Source of the DNA: Sphagnum compactum
Lineage: Eukaryota
Reading direction: 5' to 3'
DNA: 64,000 nt
Assembly: GCA_965153455.1 (NCBI GenBank)
Contig: OZ234494.1
Span: 744,001 to 808,000 of the forward strand
In this document: piece by piece, positions 53,101 through 64,000 of the stretch
Layout: each line of letters begins with the position of its first letter
Numbering within the stretch: position 1 is the stretch's first letter
Made by a program: the position numbers and the translations under genes
The notes under the pieces: generated by a model
Databases searched by the model: none
The model's input: the letters and a program-made list of their open reading frames with translations, nothing else
What the model was told of the DNA's origin: nothing

Positions 53101-55635
53101 TTGTGCCCGCTCTGTCATGCCCTGCCACCACAAAGACCAATGTCAAAACCCATATGGAATGCAGTCAATAACCATGTGGAAGTATGCCAATGTTGTGGGC
53201 TAGACCACGCATCTAGTTGCCAATAGGAATGGTATAGCAGCATTACGTATATGCTTGCTCCACATCTATGAAAATGCTGAAACAGCTCCAAAAGAAAAGG
53301 CAACTGTAGTGTAATTCTGGCCAAACCAAACAAAGCACATCAAGAATGAGTGTGGTCATAACCTTGTGAGGGTCTCTCACAAAGGCTTGTTCCAGTTTAA
53401 ATATTGGAGGTCACATCATTCAGATGCAGACTCTCCATAAACAAAGCCACACTTCCACATGGGTATTCTTGCCAAAACTGCAGAAATTGTAGGAGAGGAG
53501 AAACAACCTCTTCACCCCAATCGCGAACAATGTTGCGGATAATACATCGCACCTGCAATTTCAATCAGGAGAACTGAGTGGTCCATTAAAGTTTCCAAAA
53601 TTGTCCATCGAGACCTTAAAGTTTGCAACACATCCACATAAATAGGATCATAAACTAATCGACCCTCCCAATGTGCAGCACATCTGTGTACTCTAACCTT
53701 CAAACTAAACCAGACCAGGACCCTCCAACTGAAACACCCACCATAGGCCAATACCCATACATCTCAGGTTCCCCAGAAATGCAGCAGCAAAGAGGGGAAA
53801 GCAAAAAGAAACTTGATGTCCTTGCAATCGGTTCACAAACCATGACAGGCTGGAACAGGTTTGATGTCTCAATCAAGAGAGGAAGAGCTAGCATTGAGGG
53901 TACCAAGATTACCTTGTCAACATCTGCAGAGGGAACATGGAGCTGGTAAGATGGATGATCCAAATCAAGCCCATTGTATGCCTGCACACATGCAACATAT
54001 TGACAAACAATCACCATAAGTCTTGAGAGAGAAAAGGAGACTGTTCATTGTCTCCTGCCTGCACAAAGCCTTGGTATGAGCACTAAATTAGTGAACAACG
54101 GTAGATTGCTGAAGTAAGCTCACATCTAGTTTCAAGCTGAAATGTTTCACATCTGCCCCCATTGCTTCGCCATTGCCAACACTTTCTCTAGTTGAGTCCT
54201 TAGGCATATTGTCCTCAATTTTCCTACCCAAAGCTTCACCTTGCTCCTTAGCTCGAGCTTGCGCAAGTGTGGCAGACCATTCATCGCATGAACGTATGGT
54301 CCCTGTTGATGATGACTTCACAGGTTCCAAGATTTCAGATTTTGGCACTTTTCCTTGCATGTTGGATTCAATGGCTTGCCGCTTGTTGCAGTTGGCAGAT
54401 GGAATATTCGAATCCCTTTCAGGATTCTGATAGATCGATTCTGCAATTCCAGCATCTCTGCATGCACCAGCTTGAAGAACAGAAGAGTAACTCAAATTCT
54501 TTTCCAAAAGATTAGGCACAGATTTGCAGGCTAATCCTGTTATCCAATTCAAACCTCAAACTTAACTGGAGCCTTAACATGTTGGATGGTAAGTTCTCAA
54601 ATCACCTTGCCAACTAATGGCTGACCTGGCAGAGGGTTCAGTGAGATTCTTTGCAATGAAGCACTGTGATGAAACCTAAACTGGAGTTGGCCACCATGGG
54701 GAAGATTCACAACGTTCTCAAACTTCAAACAGTACTTTATCTTCCTAGAGATGTAAAAAGGAGCTATAAACTCTGCAATGCAATTAAACAAGGTACCTCT
54801 CAGAGCCCACATTTGGTACATCCTGCCCATTTTCAGTAGTCCATTCAGAGCAAACTTGGTCTTGTGTGTCAAGCCCTCCTCCACCATCTCCCATGTCAAA
54901 TGGAGGATCAAATGCCTACCCACACGACATAGAAATCTGAAAAGAGTTGCTTGCAATGTCTTCTGTTGCAGGACATTGATTACAAGAGGACATGCTGCAA
55001 AAGGGAGAGTCACTCCAAGAGGAAGGACAATTTCCTAACTTCTCTGAGAGAAATGAAAGAGTGCAGATACTAAAGAAGCTTTGGTAGCAGGAAGGGAACA
55101 CAGGGAGAGAGAGAGAGATAGCACAGTGAGGCAGACTTCAGCAACAAACAAAAATATGCAGAAGTTGTGCAAGAAAGGGCCAAAAGGACTTAAACACACT
55201 AAGTAGTACCAAAGGCAGCTGTGAAAACCAAGTGGCAAGGGGGGGGGGGGGGGGGGGAGGGGAGGCAGCTGAAGAACCTGAAGCATGTTGATGATGAAGA
55301 AGGAATTGACTCTCACACACCTGCACTGGCCACAGTATTTCACCGTACAAAACCAATTGCAAATCACATACTCAGACCTTGAGGAGCTAACCCTAAACCC
55401 TAAACAGAACAGACAGTGAAGAGGGAAGAAGATCACAAGACAGAGGAAAAAAGGGGTGGCAGCTGGCTAGCCAGCTGAATCCACACACACACCTCCTTAA
55501 CTCCTCGTGCTTTTTAGGTAAGTGATGCAGCAGTGCCTGGGAGGGGGTCAAGCAAGTAGAAATGTGAGAGAATTATTATTGCACCGCACTTTCCACAGGA
55601 CATCAGGCGAGGAGTAGCAGTACATCAGGCAATGC

Positions 55636-55682
<47 letters not shown>

Positions 55683-56169
55683 CCTTGTGTGAGGAGCTAA
55701 GCTTTGTAAATGAACGCTCCCAGCGCTTTATGTCTTCATCTGCTGCTGCTGTATAGCTGTGTGTAGGTTATCATCAGATACACAAGATGGTCCAGCTCTC
55801 AGAAAACAATTCAAACAAATTCACCAGCCCCAAAGAAAAAAGCTTGATGATGATACGGTTGCGAAGCTTGCATCGAGTGGATTTTGAAAAGACAAATCCA
55901 GAAGAGAGAGAGACAGAGAAAAAACTTTTTGTCTAGTCTTCTTGCTAGTCTGCAGCGAAGGGCACTCAATTAGCACGGATGCAACAATAACAACAACAAC
56001 ATCATCAACACATTCGGTGACACTCTTCGAATGCCTAAATTAATTTTTGTATAAAAACAAAGCAAAGGAGGAAGAAAACAGAAAACATTTACTTCAAGTA
56101 TGCGCTGATGACGCGACGCAACGCCTTAATCTCCAGCACTTCGTCTATTTTGCTCATCCCTGACTCCAT
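50185..56169 (-). CDS. CARNMT1: Carnosine N-methyltransferase (N2227-like SAM-dependent methyltransferase), multi-exon
   Basis: MESGMSKIDEVLEIKALRRVISAYLNY..., RCVRVNSFFIINMLQAFDPP, DVDKVRCIIRNIVRDWGEEG, CLVPGAGLGRLACEISRLG, SQGNEFSYYML, FSMCAGDFVEVY, WDAVVSCFFIDTAHNIVEY, INLGPLLYHFAD, IELSLED, SMMQNRYFASFWTM. Confidence 0.95.
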
Positions 56170-56472
56170 TTTGATGCACAGATTTCTCAAAGACACTCGC
56201 AAGCCCTTCCTTCGGGAAAAAAAAAAAAAACCCTAAAATTATTGTTTTTTTATTTTATAAACTGCGAAAAGAGAATTTATATCAGAAGTTCTCAATAATG
56301 CGTAACATAAGAGGAGGAATGGATTGCAACAGCAACAGCAAGCTCCACAGAGAAACCCGCAGCACACACGCCCACAAGACACAAACACAGAGTGCGAGAG
56401 ACGAGGAAGAAGCACCAAGCTTAGAAGAGAACAGGCAGAAAGGGACGGACGGATGGACGGACAGACGGACGG

Positions 56473-56556
56473 TTTCGTTCATCGCTAAATTCTCGTTCGT
56501 TGAGGCAATGAACTTGTTTTCGTTCATCGCTAAATTCTCGTTCGTTGAGGCAATGA
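56473..56556. repeat. Exact ~38-bp direct duplication in the divergent promoter region
   Basis: tttcgttcatcgctaaattctcgttcgttgaggcaatga occurs twice with a short spacer. Confidence 0.9.
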
Positions 56557-56577
56557 GGAAGCCTAGCAGCTTGGTCA

Positions 56578-56596
56578 GTTTAGGGTTTAGGGTTTA
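56578..56596. promoter_or_regulatory. Telo-box-like repeats (TTTAGGG)2
   Basis: gtttagggtttagggttt between the CARNMT1 start and the VPE relic; function not demonstrated. Confidence 0.4.
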
Positions 56597-56761
56597 TTGT
56601 AATTGGGATCTCTCTTTGTCTCTTAGAGCTTCAGATTCCCCTGTAGCTGTGGGAGGCTGCACCCTCCCTCAGATTTCTGGTTGTGTTTGCATGGGATTGA
56701 ATTGGGAGCAATGACAGGGGGATTTGCACAAAGAAGATTGGACCTAAGGAGGGAGGGATGG

Positions 56762-57050
56762 ATGGATTTGCAGGGAAGTTTGGTGCCAATTTTGTTAGTA
56801 TTACTGTTTGTTGCAGTTGCAGCAACCAGGAAAGTGGCATGGGATAGAAAAATCCTGATGCCTGAAGTGAGTTCGATGGGCCATGCTTTTTGCAGGATCA
56901 GCTGGTTACAAAAACTACCACAATCAAGCTGATGTGTGCCATGCAAACCAGATGCTGAAGAAAGGAGGCTTGAAGGATGATAACACTATTGTGTTCATGT
57001 ATGATGATATTGCACATAATTTGGAGAATTCAAATCCAGGCACCATCATG
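56762..57050 (+). pseudogene. Truncated vacuolar processing enzyme / legumain (C13) relic
   Basis: Signal peptide MDLQGSLVPILLVLLFVAVAA, a frame change, then [56 protein letters not shown]; conserved NYRHQ and AYQ are altered and no catalytic His/Cys exons are visible downstream. Confidence 0.85.
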
Positions 57051-58629
57051 ATGCTGATCTACTTCACCTGTGGCACAAGTAGCGAAAGGCTACAGAAGGA
57101 TCAATCAACAAGGAAAGCAAAAAGCAAGGGCAGAGTTGGTGAACACAATGGCCTAGATTGCATGCACCTTCACAACAGTGTCCAGCTGATCATTGGCATC
57201 AAGACCAGCATTGCAAACATTTGTTAATGCACATATTTGTTTCATGCTACATTGTGTGAGTGGTCCACAGTTTGGCTCAGATTTGCACACCTGCATCCAA
57301 AATGACAAAATCCTTATGAGCCAAAAACAGCAAATAGGGCCCTGGAATAAAGCTAACCAATTGAGTTACAAGAGACAAAGCTGGAGCAAGAATGATTTGA
57401 TCTCAAATGTTTTAGTCAAATCAAATTTAGACAAACTCCAGCTCCACAAATGTGCAATTGCAAACTCTTCTATGAACTATGCATTTCACAACCTTACCAT
57501 GTTCTTGAGGCAATCCCAATCATCCACTAGAACACGCCCAGTGGGATGTACAGCACTCAGTTTGGAAGGACCAGCCTCACTGCCAAAGGTGAGCATCAAT
57601 GCAAAAACGAATTGTCTTTCCTTGAAGGTCTAGTTTGCAAGACAAGTTGATGTGTGTATGATTATGAAATTACTCCAGCTCACATTCTGTTTCTTTGTGG
57701 TTGCCATTGGGGTTTGATCATTTGTTCATTGTCTTGTTCTGTTCGCAGGCCACTACTATTGCTTATTTATAGGTGTGATTTGTGGCATTTGTAATTCATC
57801 TTCCCACAAATTGTGTGTAGGTGTGTAGGAATGCACAATGAGAGGATTTTGAGTTCTTTGTGATTTTGACATTGACCAGATGTGGACAGATTGCTCAATG
57901 CCAGGATTTTGAACTCTTGCCATTTGACATTTACAGTAAGTGAGTAGAGATGAGACCATTCATTGGGTCCTACATTTATTGGGTGTTTATTTTGATGTGT
58001 AATTGCAATGGATGGACAATACCATATTCAAAGATATATGAACCTCCCAAAAATGGTGAGGGATTGAATACAAAATTAGTCACCATAAACTTTTATGGAA
58101 GGATGCGCAGATACATAGACACCATATGAAGAATATGGCAACCTAACTGACATTGTTTGACTAAAAATTCTGTGCTGTAAAAATGGAGTCATCTCAATGT
58201 TCTCAATTACAAGTAGCAATGTGCCATTGCTCTCTCTCAAATGTGCACACAACTGTTTTGCTTAATTCCCAGTACCTGCTGCAAACCAGAGTTCACAAAA
58301 CCAGTGTTAGTCGAAAAGAGAATTAGTCTCTTTGGACCATACACTACATCACATAACACTTGGTGAACATTTGTCAAAACATGGGACTGAATGAAAAACT
58401 ACATTGTTCCTATGTAGTCTCTCTCGTACAAACAAATGGACAACAATCCTCCCCAACAACCCAAGAAGGATTTTTTGTGGTTAGTTTGATTAATTGAGAA
58501 GGACTGAACTACTGAACTTAGAAACCCATTGAACGTCCAAAACTTTGGTTGGAAAAGAAACAATATTTGTAAATGGGTAGCTGCAGCTTTGATGCATTCA
58601 GTGAGTGGTCAAGCAACAAATCCTGGACT

Positions 58630-58830
58630 GCAAACATTTGGCATGGATCTATCCCCGTTGCTGAGAAATCCCAGTTGGAGAAGAAAGTGCCGCCGGGTAG
58701 ATCTGTCATGGCATTCTTCACTGCTCTCAACACTCCAAGATTATTAGGATGCATATTCGAAGCCAACTACAACATATCCTAAACTTCAAGCAAAGGACTC
58801 TTGAATCAGGATGATCAAGACCACCATGAG
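58630..58830 (-). pseudogene. N-terminal LRRNT cap fragment of a leucine-rich-repeat protein
   Basis: MHPNNLGVLRAVKNAMTDLPGGTFFSNWDFSATGIDPC resembles L.P.D..AL..IK.SL.DLPGS.FF.SWDF...DPC; the upstream leader is interrupted by a stop and no LRRs follow. Confidence 0.75.
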
Positions 58831-61734
58831 TCAAAGACAATGTCATCGATGCTGTTGCAATTCCCATGACCTTGGTTCAACAATAAATAGCAGCAGCTTT
58901 GGTGATCCCCATTTTTCCAATTCTGGAACTAACTTTGCTCCAAGAAATACTTGTTCCAATCTTTGTTTCTGTTTCACCAAGAAGTTTGGGATTGTCTGTT
59001 GATTATGAGGTTTTTTGATCTGCAGAGCTTTTGTCTAAACTATCATCAACAAAGAAAACAAAAGAAACGTGAAAAGGAAATGGAAGATTGGCCCTCAATT
59101 TTGTTGCTGCATTCTTAATTTCCTTTGTTCTTTGTTATTTGCAGCATTGGAACTATGTGGGAGTTGGTATAATGAGGGTTGTTATAGTCTGAATGTGAAT
59201 CAAGATGGGAACAACGAAGTATGCATCAGGAAAACCCTATTGATTTTTCTCCAACTACTCTACATAGTTGCAAAGTTGTATACTTGCAAATGATGTTTAA
59301 TTTTCCTTTAGTAGTTTGCATTTGCCATCTATGAGTTCTTTTTGGTCATATGAATGCAATTTCAGAACAACTTTGTGGTTCTTTGGAGCAAGACAAGAAT
59401 CATTACCAAAGCCTTTGACTATAGCTAAAGAGTTTCTTGTGTGAAGGTTTTATGAATAGAAGATTCAACAAGTTAGTGTAGCTTTTTCCTTCCTTTACAA
59501 ATTTCAAGTTTAATTGGGCTCCCTTGGAAAAAAATTATAGTACCCAAAAGGCATTGTGATTTGGAGCTCAACCCCATCTTTCACTAGTAGGAAAGTGAGT
59601 GTGTTCTCACTATATGCAACATATACTAGTCAAGCCTGGTGTGCTTGACATAATAGCTATAAGCAAATCAGAGGTAGTAATTCTGAAATTTGTGGTTCTC
59701 TGAAATGAATATTGTCTCTAGTGACTGATTACTTGTGTTTCAAGCAACTACCATCCTATACTTCAAGCAATTATAATAGAAGTGGTCTATGATGGAACAT
59801 GACCTTAAACACATAATGTGAGTTTTGCAATGTCCAAGAGATCGCTATCGACTGCAAATATAAATCAAGAAACTATCATGCTATTATATTGTTGACATGT
59901 AATGTAGCTATACATTTGGCCATATATAGAGCTCTTTAGTTATATTGTACTGTTCAATTTGGACGATACCAATAACAAAAAAAACAGGATGGAGAATAAT
60001 GTTGTGGGATGGGGCAGGCTCACATGCAATGAGTACTTGTCATGCAAAGTAGAGGAGTTCCATATTTGCAAAGGAACTAGGCAAGGCCATTCAGCAAGAC
60101 CCCCAAGTTGTGCTAAAAAATGAGATGATTGTTCTCCAAGTGAATGTTTCTATTTTGATATTGTATCTTTTTGTTGTGCCTCTTGTTAGGTGCTAGATGA
60201 CATCATGACTATATCTTTCTATTGCTTCTAGGAATGTGACAAATTCAAGATGCAGATTCTTATATGATTGTTTTCCGTAGGTCTTGAATAGATTTTTATA
60301 TGATTTCTTTCCCAAGGTCTTGAGCAAATCATCATATGCTTATCAACACCCACTAATGGAATGGGATTAAATCAACGAGACCATGATGAAGGCGATGATT
60401 TGATATTCTGTGAATGACATTCACAAGGTTATGACCCACTTATTCTTGTCTTAAATATCTACAAAATGAAAGTGCCAAGATGTTAAAGACCTAGTGAAAT
60501 TAAGCCTAAAGCTAGTGGGAATAGGCAACATATGTCGATGTGTAATATAAGCTATTGGCAAAAGAAAATCTAGCAACCCTCTTTGATTTAGGGTTACATT
60601 TAATATATATTTGAAATAAATTTGGGAAAACTTTTACAATTTTCTTTGCTTGTGCCTTTGTAATTTTCCCCCCTCCTTGAACCATAATGAAATTTGGTGA
60701 TTTTTGGCCTTTAAAAGAAACACTATTGAAGACCTTTGATTATCATATTTGGATCAATTAATGTGCCATTACTAAAGTATTATTGTTCAACTATGTTATA
60801 GCTATAGTGCAATTGCTTATAACTTAATGAGGATACATATTCATATGTAATGTTTTATAAATAATTATTGTTTCAATACTTTGATTATTAAATATTAACT
60901 TTGTTTAACACATTTATTTATTATGGAAATTTTAATATATTAAATAATTGAATATGAATATGAATAAATAAGTTTAATTAACATAATTAATTTTTCATTA
61001 GCTAAAAAAAATTGCTTATCAAATAATACTAATATAAACATTTATCCAAATTGGATATACTTCATAATGAATTAGATCAATTATTTAAGATAATTAATAA
61101 TTCTTAAATATTTACCAAATCATTAATTATCTAATTTTTACCTAATTAATTATTTGGATACATATAATTAATTTAGATGTGAAATTAAATGCAATGTGTA
61201 TAATATATTAAAAATTCAATTCAACATACATATGGATATGTCTATTTATACCTTGATGGTTTAACCCAAATTCATAATTAAAATCTAATATTTGGTAATG
61301 AATTTATTTTCAATAATTTATTACTTATTTGCGCATTGCAGCTATGGTAGAATCTTCGGCAATTGCAATGTACATATAACCAAAGACATATTTCTGTAGT
61401 TTTAAGTTTACAATAATGGGCAATGAATTATAAACAGATTAGAATTTAGTAACTAGTTCTCAAGCTATTATATTATTTTTTAAGACAAGTTAATATATGG
61501 TCCAGAAGTCCTTTATAAACACAAACATTTAACATTTTCAGCAATTGCATTGTTTTCCAACTAATAACTTATAGTATACTTGTTTAATTTTGAATAATAT
61601 AGTAAAATGCCATCTTCAATCATAATTATCTGTACACATTGGCAAGAACATTGCTGTTATTGTTTCCACTTTTAGTCTTGGGAGGTATATCAAGGTCCAA
61701 AATAATATTTACAAATTTTGGCCCAGCCCAAGTT

Positions 61735-61995
61735 TTGAATTGTTTTGGCAAATTTTTCTTCAAAATGGTGAGAATTTAATGGTTTTTGGGGTTTTGTTCT
61801 CCAATTTTCGGAATTTTTTTAAAAAAAAACCATTTCCAAATTCTATCCTAAGTTATAGTTGGTAGCCAAAAATATAGAAGGTTGCTTTCTTTTCTACTTG
61901 CATATTTTTTAATCTTCAAATCTGGCTAAATCATCCCATGTACATCAACCAAAATTCTGCTGACATATAACATCACAAAATTGGAAGGAAAAAAA
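61735..61995. repeat. Dispersed repeat family, copy 4
   Basis: tagccaaaaatatagaagg ... tcaaatctggctaaatc ... acatcacaaaattggaaggaaaaaaac. Confidence 0.65.
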
Positions 61996-62739
61996 CGGTA
62001 CAACAAGCTAGTCATTTATCATGCAAAGGTCTTACTTGTAGGTAATTTGCAAATATTTGAGACTCTCCTAATTTAATGATTATACAATGACTTCAACAAA
62101 CTATATTGAACTTGAAAACCATGTTTAGGTAGGAATTGGGTTTGTTTTTCCTCCAAAATTTACAATGTACACACAAGTTGTCTACAAAAACAACTGCATC
62201 AATTAAGTTGCAGAAAGACTTTTGAGCTGAAAAGGCTTTATCATTTTCAATGGGGTTAATATATACATCAGAATTTGATGGATCCCATAAGATCCCAGGA
62301 GAGTGAAAAATGATTTTTAAAAAAAAGTCTCAAACGCCCAACTTCTCATGATTTCAATTGCATTGATGAGAAAGAAGACATATGCTGTTATGTATATATA
62401 TATAAAGATATATAAAGAGAGACATAGGGAGAAGACGATTGCATTTAAATTGACTCTTTCAAATTCACCTTCATAAAAACAAAAAAAAATGAATGTAAAG
62501 AAAATAAAAAAAACCCATAAGGATAACAACAATGAAATGCAAGTATGTTATATGTGGCATGTGATTGATAAAATTTTCATTACCTAGAATTAAAATAATA
62601 GACTTTGTACAGTGCCATCAATTGAAGTAAAGAAAGTTATGTTTGTGCTGCATGCATACGGTCGATGTGTTTGTCTCTACTACCACAGACGACGTCTTTG
62701 TCCGTCCTTCCTTGGCGTGAACTGCAAACAACAACAGCT

Positions 62740-63092
62740 TCCACCCATCCAACAAAGACTCCGTAAACGGCGCTCTTCATGAGCGCATTCTCGATCTCTT
62801 CCCATCATCATGGGGCCCATAGGATAGCCGTGCTCCACCCATCCACCAAGGACTCCTCAAACGGCGCTCTTCATGATGTGTCTCCCTTCCCATCATGGGG
62901 CCGCATAGTGTACGTACGTACGTAGATGTCCGTCCTTTCTTCGCATGCATGACAACCAGTTGTTCCCATGATCAACCAAGTGCTCCTTAAACCAGGCTCT
63001 TGATCATGATGTGAATTCTCCATTCACATCACGCGGGTGGGCAGTACGTCGCTCTTATCATGATGTGCATTCTCTCTTCACATCACACGGCC
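62740..63092. repeat. Degenerate ~95-bp tandem repeat
   Basis: ccacccatcca.caa.gactcc..aaacggcgctcttcatga at 62741 and 62835, with weaker copies near 62965 and 63050. Confidence 0.65.
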
Positions 63093-64000
63093 GCCCCGTG
63101 CGTCACTCGAAGCTCTTAAACTGCTTCATCGTATTGAAAGGCCATCATCCAGCCCATTTGCAACATCACACTTTCCTCATTTCCTCTTCTTCACCGTCTG
63201 CGTTTTGCATTCCAGTAGCTTGTCTATTCGTTTGTTTGTTTGCTTTCTTTGGCGTTCGTTCGTTCGTTTGCTTGTTTGCTTTAGCGAGCAGCTTGAGTAT
63301 CGAAGTCTATTACTTAGAGTATTTACCTACTTCATGTCTCTGCCGATCCTCTCAGTCATACTCGATCCGCATCTGACCGACTCGCCGGTAAAGGAATGAG
63401 AGGATTATCATCTCTGTTTCGCCTGAGGTCGGGAATAAAATTACGAGCACTATGTTGTGTTCTTGGATTGCTTGTAGTTCCATTCCCTATCTCGCGAGAA
63501 GCAGAGAGGACAATCCTGGTGGTTCATAGCTGCAAGGTTGCCTCTTTGTTCGAGGTCGGGTAGCACGCGGATCAACTCATGTTTCAGGAATTTCGCATCT
63601 TCCTCCATGCTTGATCGATGAGGGCGCTCTAACGTGCATATGGTTTGCAAGGTATTACATATACTTTCTTTTAACTTCCCGTGAACCAGAATGTCTTAAG
63701 CTTGTTGCAGCGTGACTGTTGCTAGCTGTGCATGCTGAGGAGCCTCATGCACAGAAATTGCCTTGTTACTTTTTATAAGACTATATATCGCTGGTTGAGA
63801 AAGGATCTGCTATAAGACAATGCATTGTGCGGGATCAACTCTGGGGGGCCAGGTCTTTATTTTTGTAATCGTGGATATGTTCTCCTTGCTGTTGAGATCT
63901 TTTTGGTGTCTGTATACTAATGAGGGAAATTTGCAGTTACCTTGTACGTTTCCTGCGTCTTGGAGTTTGGAGTGTTCAATAGTGAAATATGGTATGTGCT

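Overview
Eukaryotic nuclear DNA from a land plant, probably a bryophyte (inference from a flagellar DRC8-like gene and a bryophyte-type mitochondrial rps2 fragment). Genes are intron-rich, so the raw ORF track is mostly fragments; gene models were spliced by eye. In order: the 3' part of a distant At4g24610/MUN-like helical protein (+), DCP2 with a U12-type intron (+), an intronless SPARK-domain RKF3-like receptor kinase (+), syndetin/VPS50 (+), an AT-rich debris block (mitochondrial rps2 insertion, Copia RT next to Gypsy RT, tandem repeat), a single-pass membrane protein (+), a DRC8/EFCAB2-like EF-hand gene (+), an ~840-aa zinc-finger protein I cannot assign followed by a decayed Ulp1-like protease domain (-), carnosine N-methyltransferase (-), and relics of a legumain/VPE gene and an LRR gene. 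Several tandem arrays and one dispersed repeat family are also present. All family calls come from recalled motifs, not database searches; exon coordinates were counted by hand.
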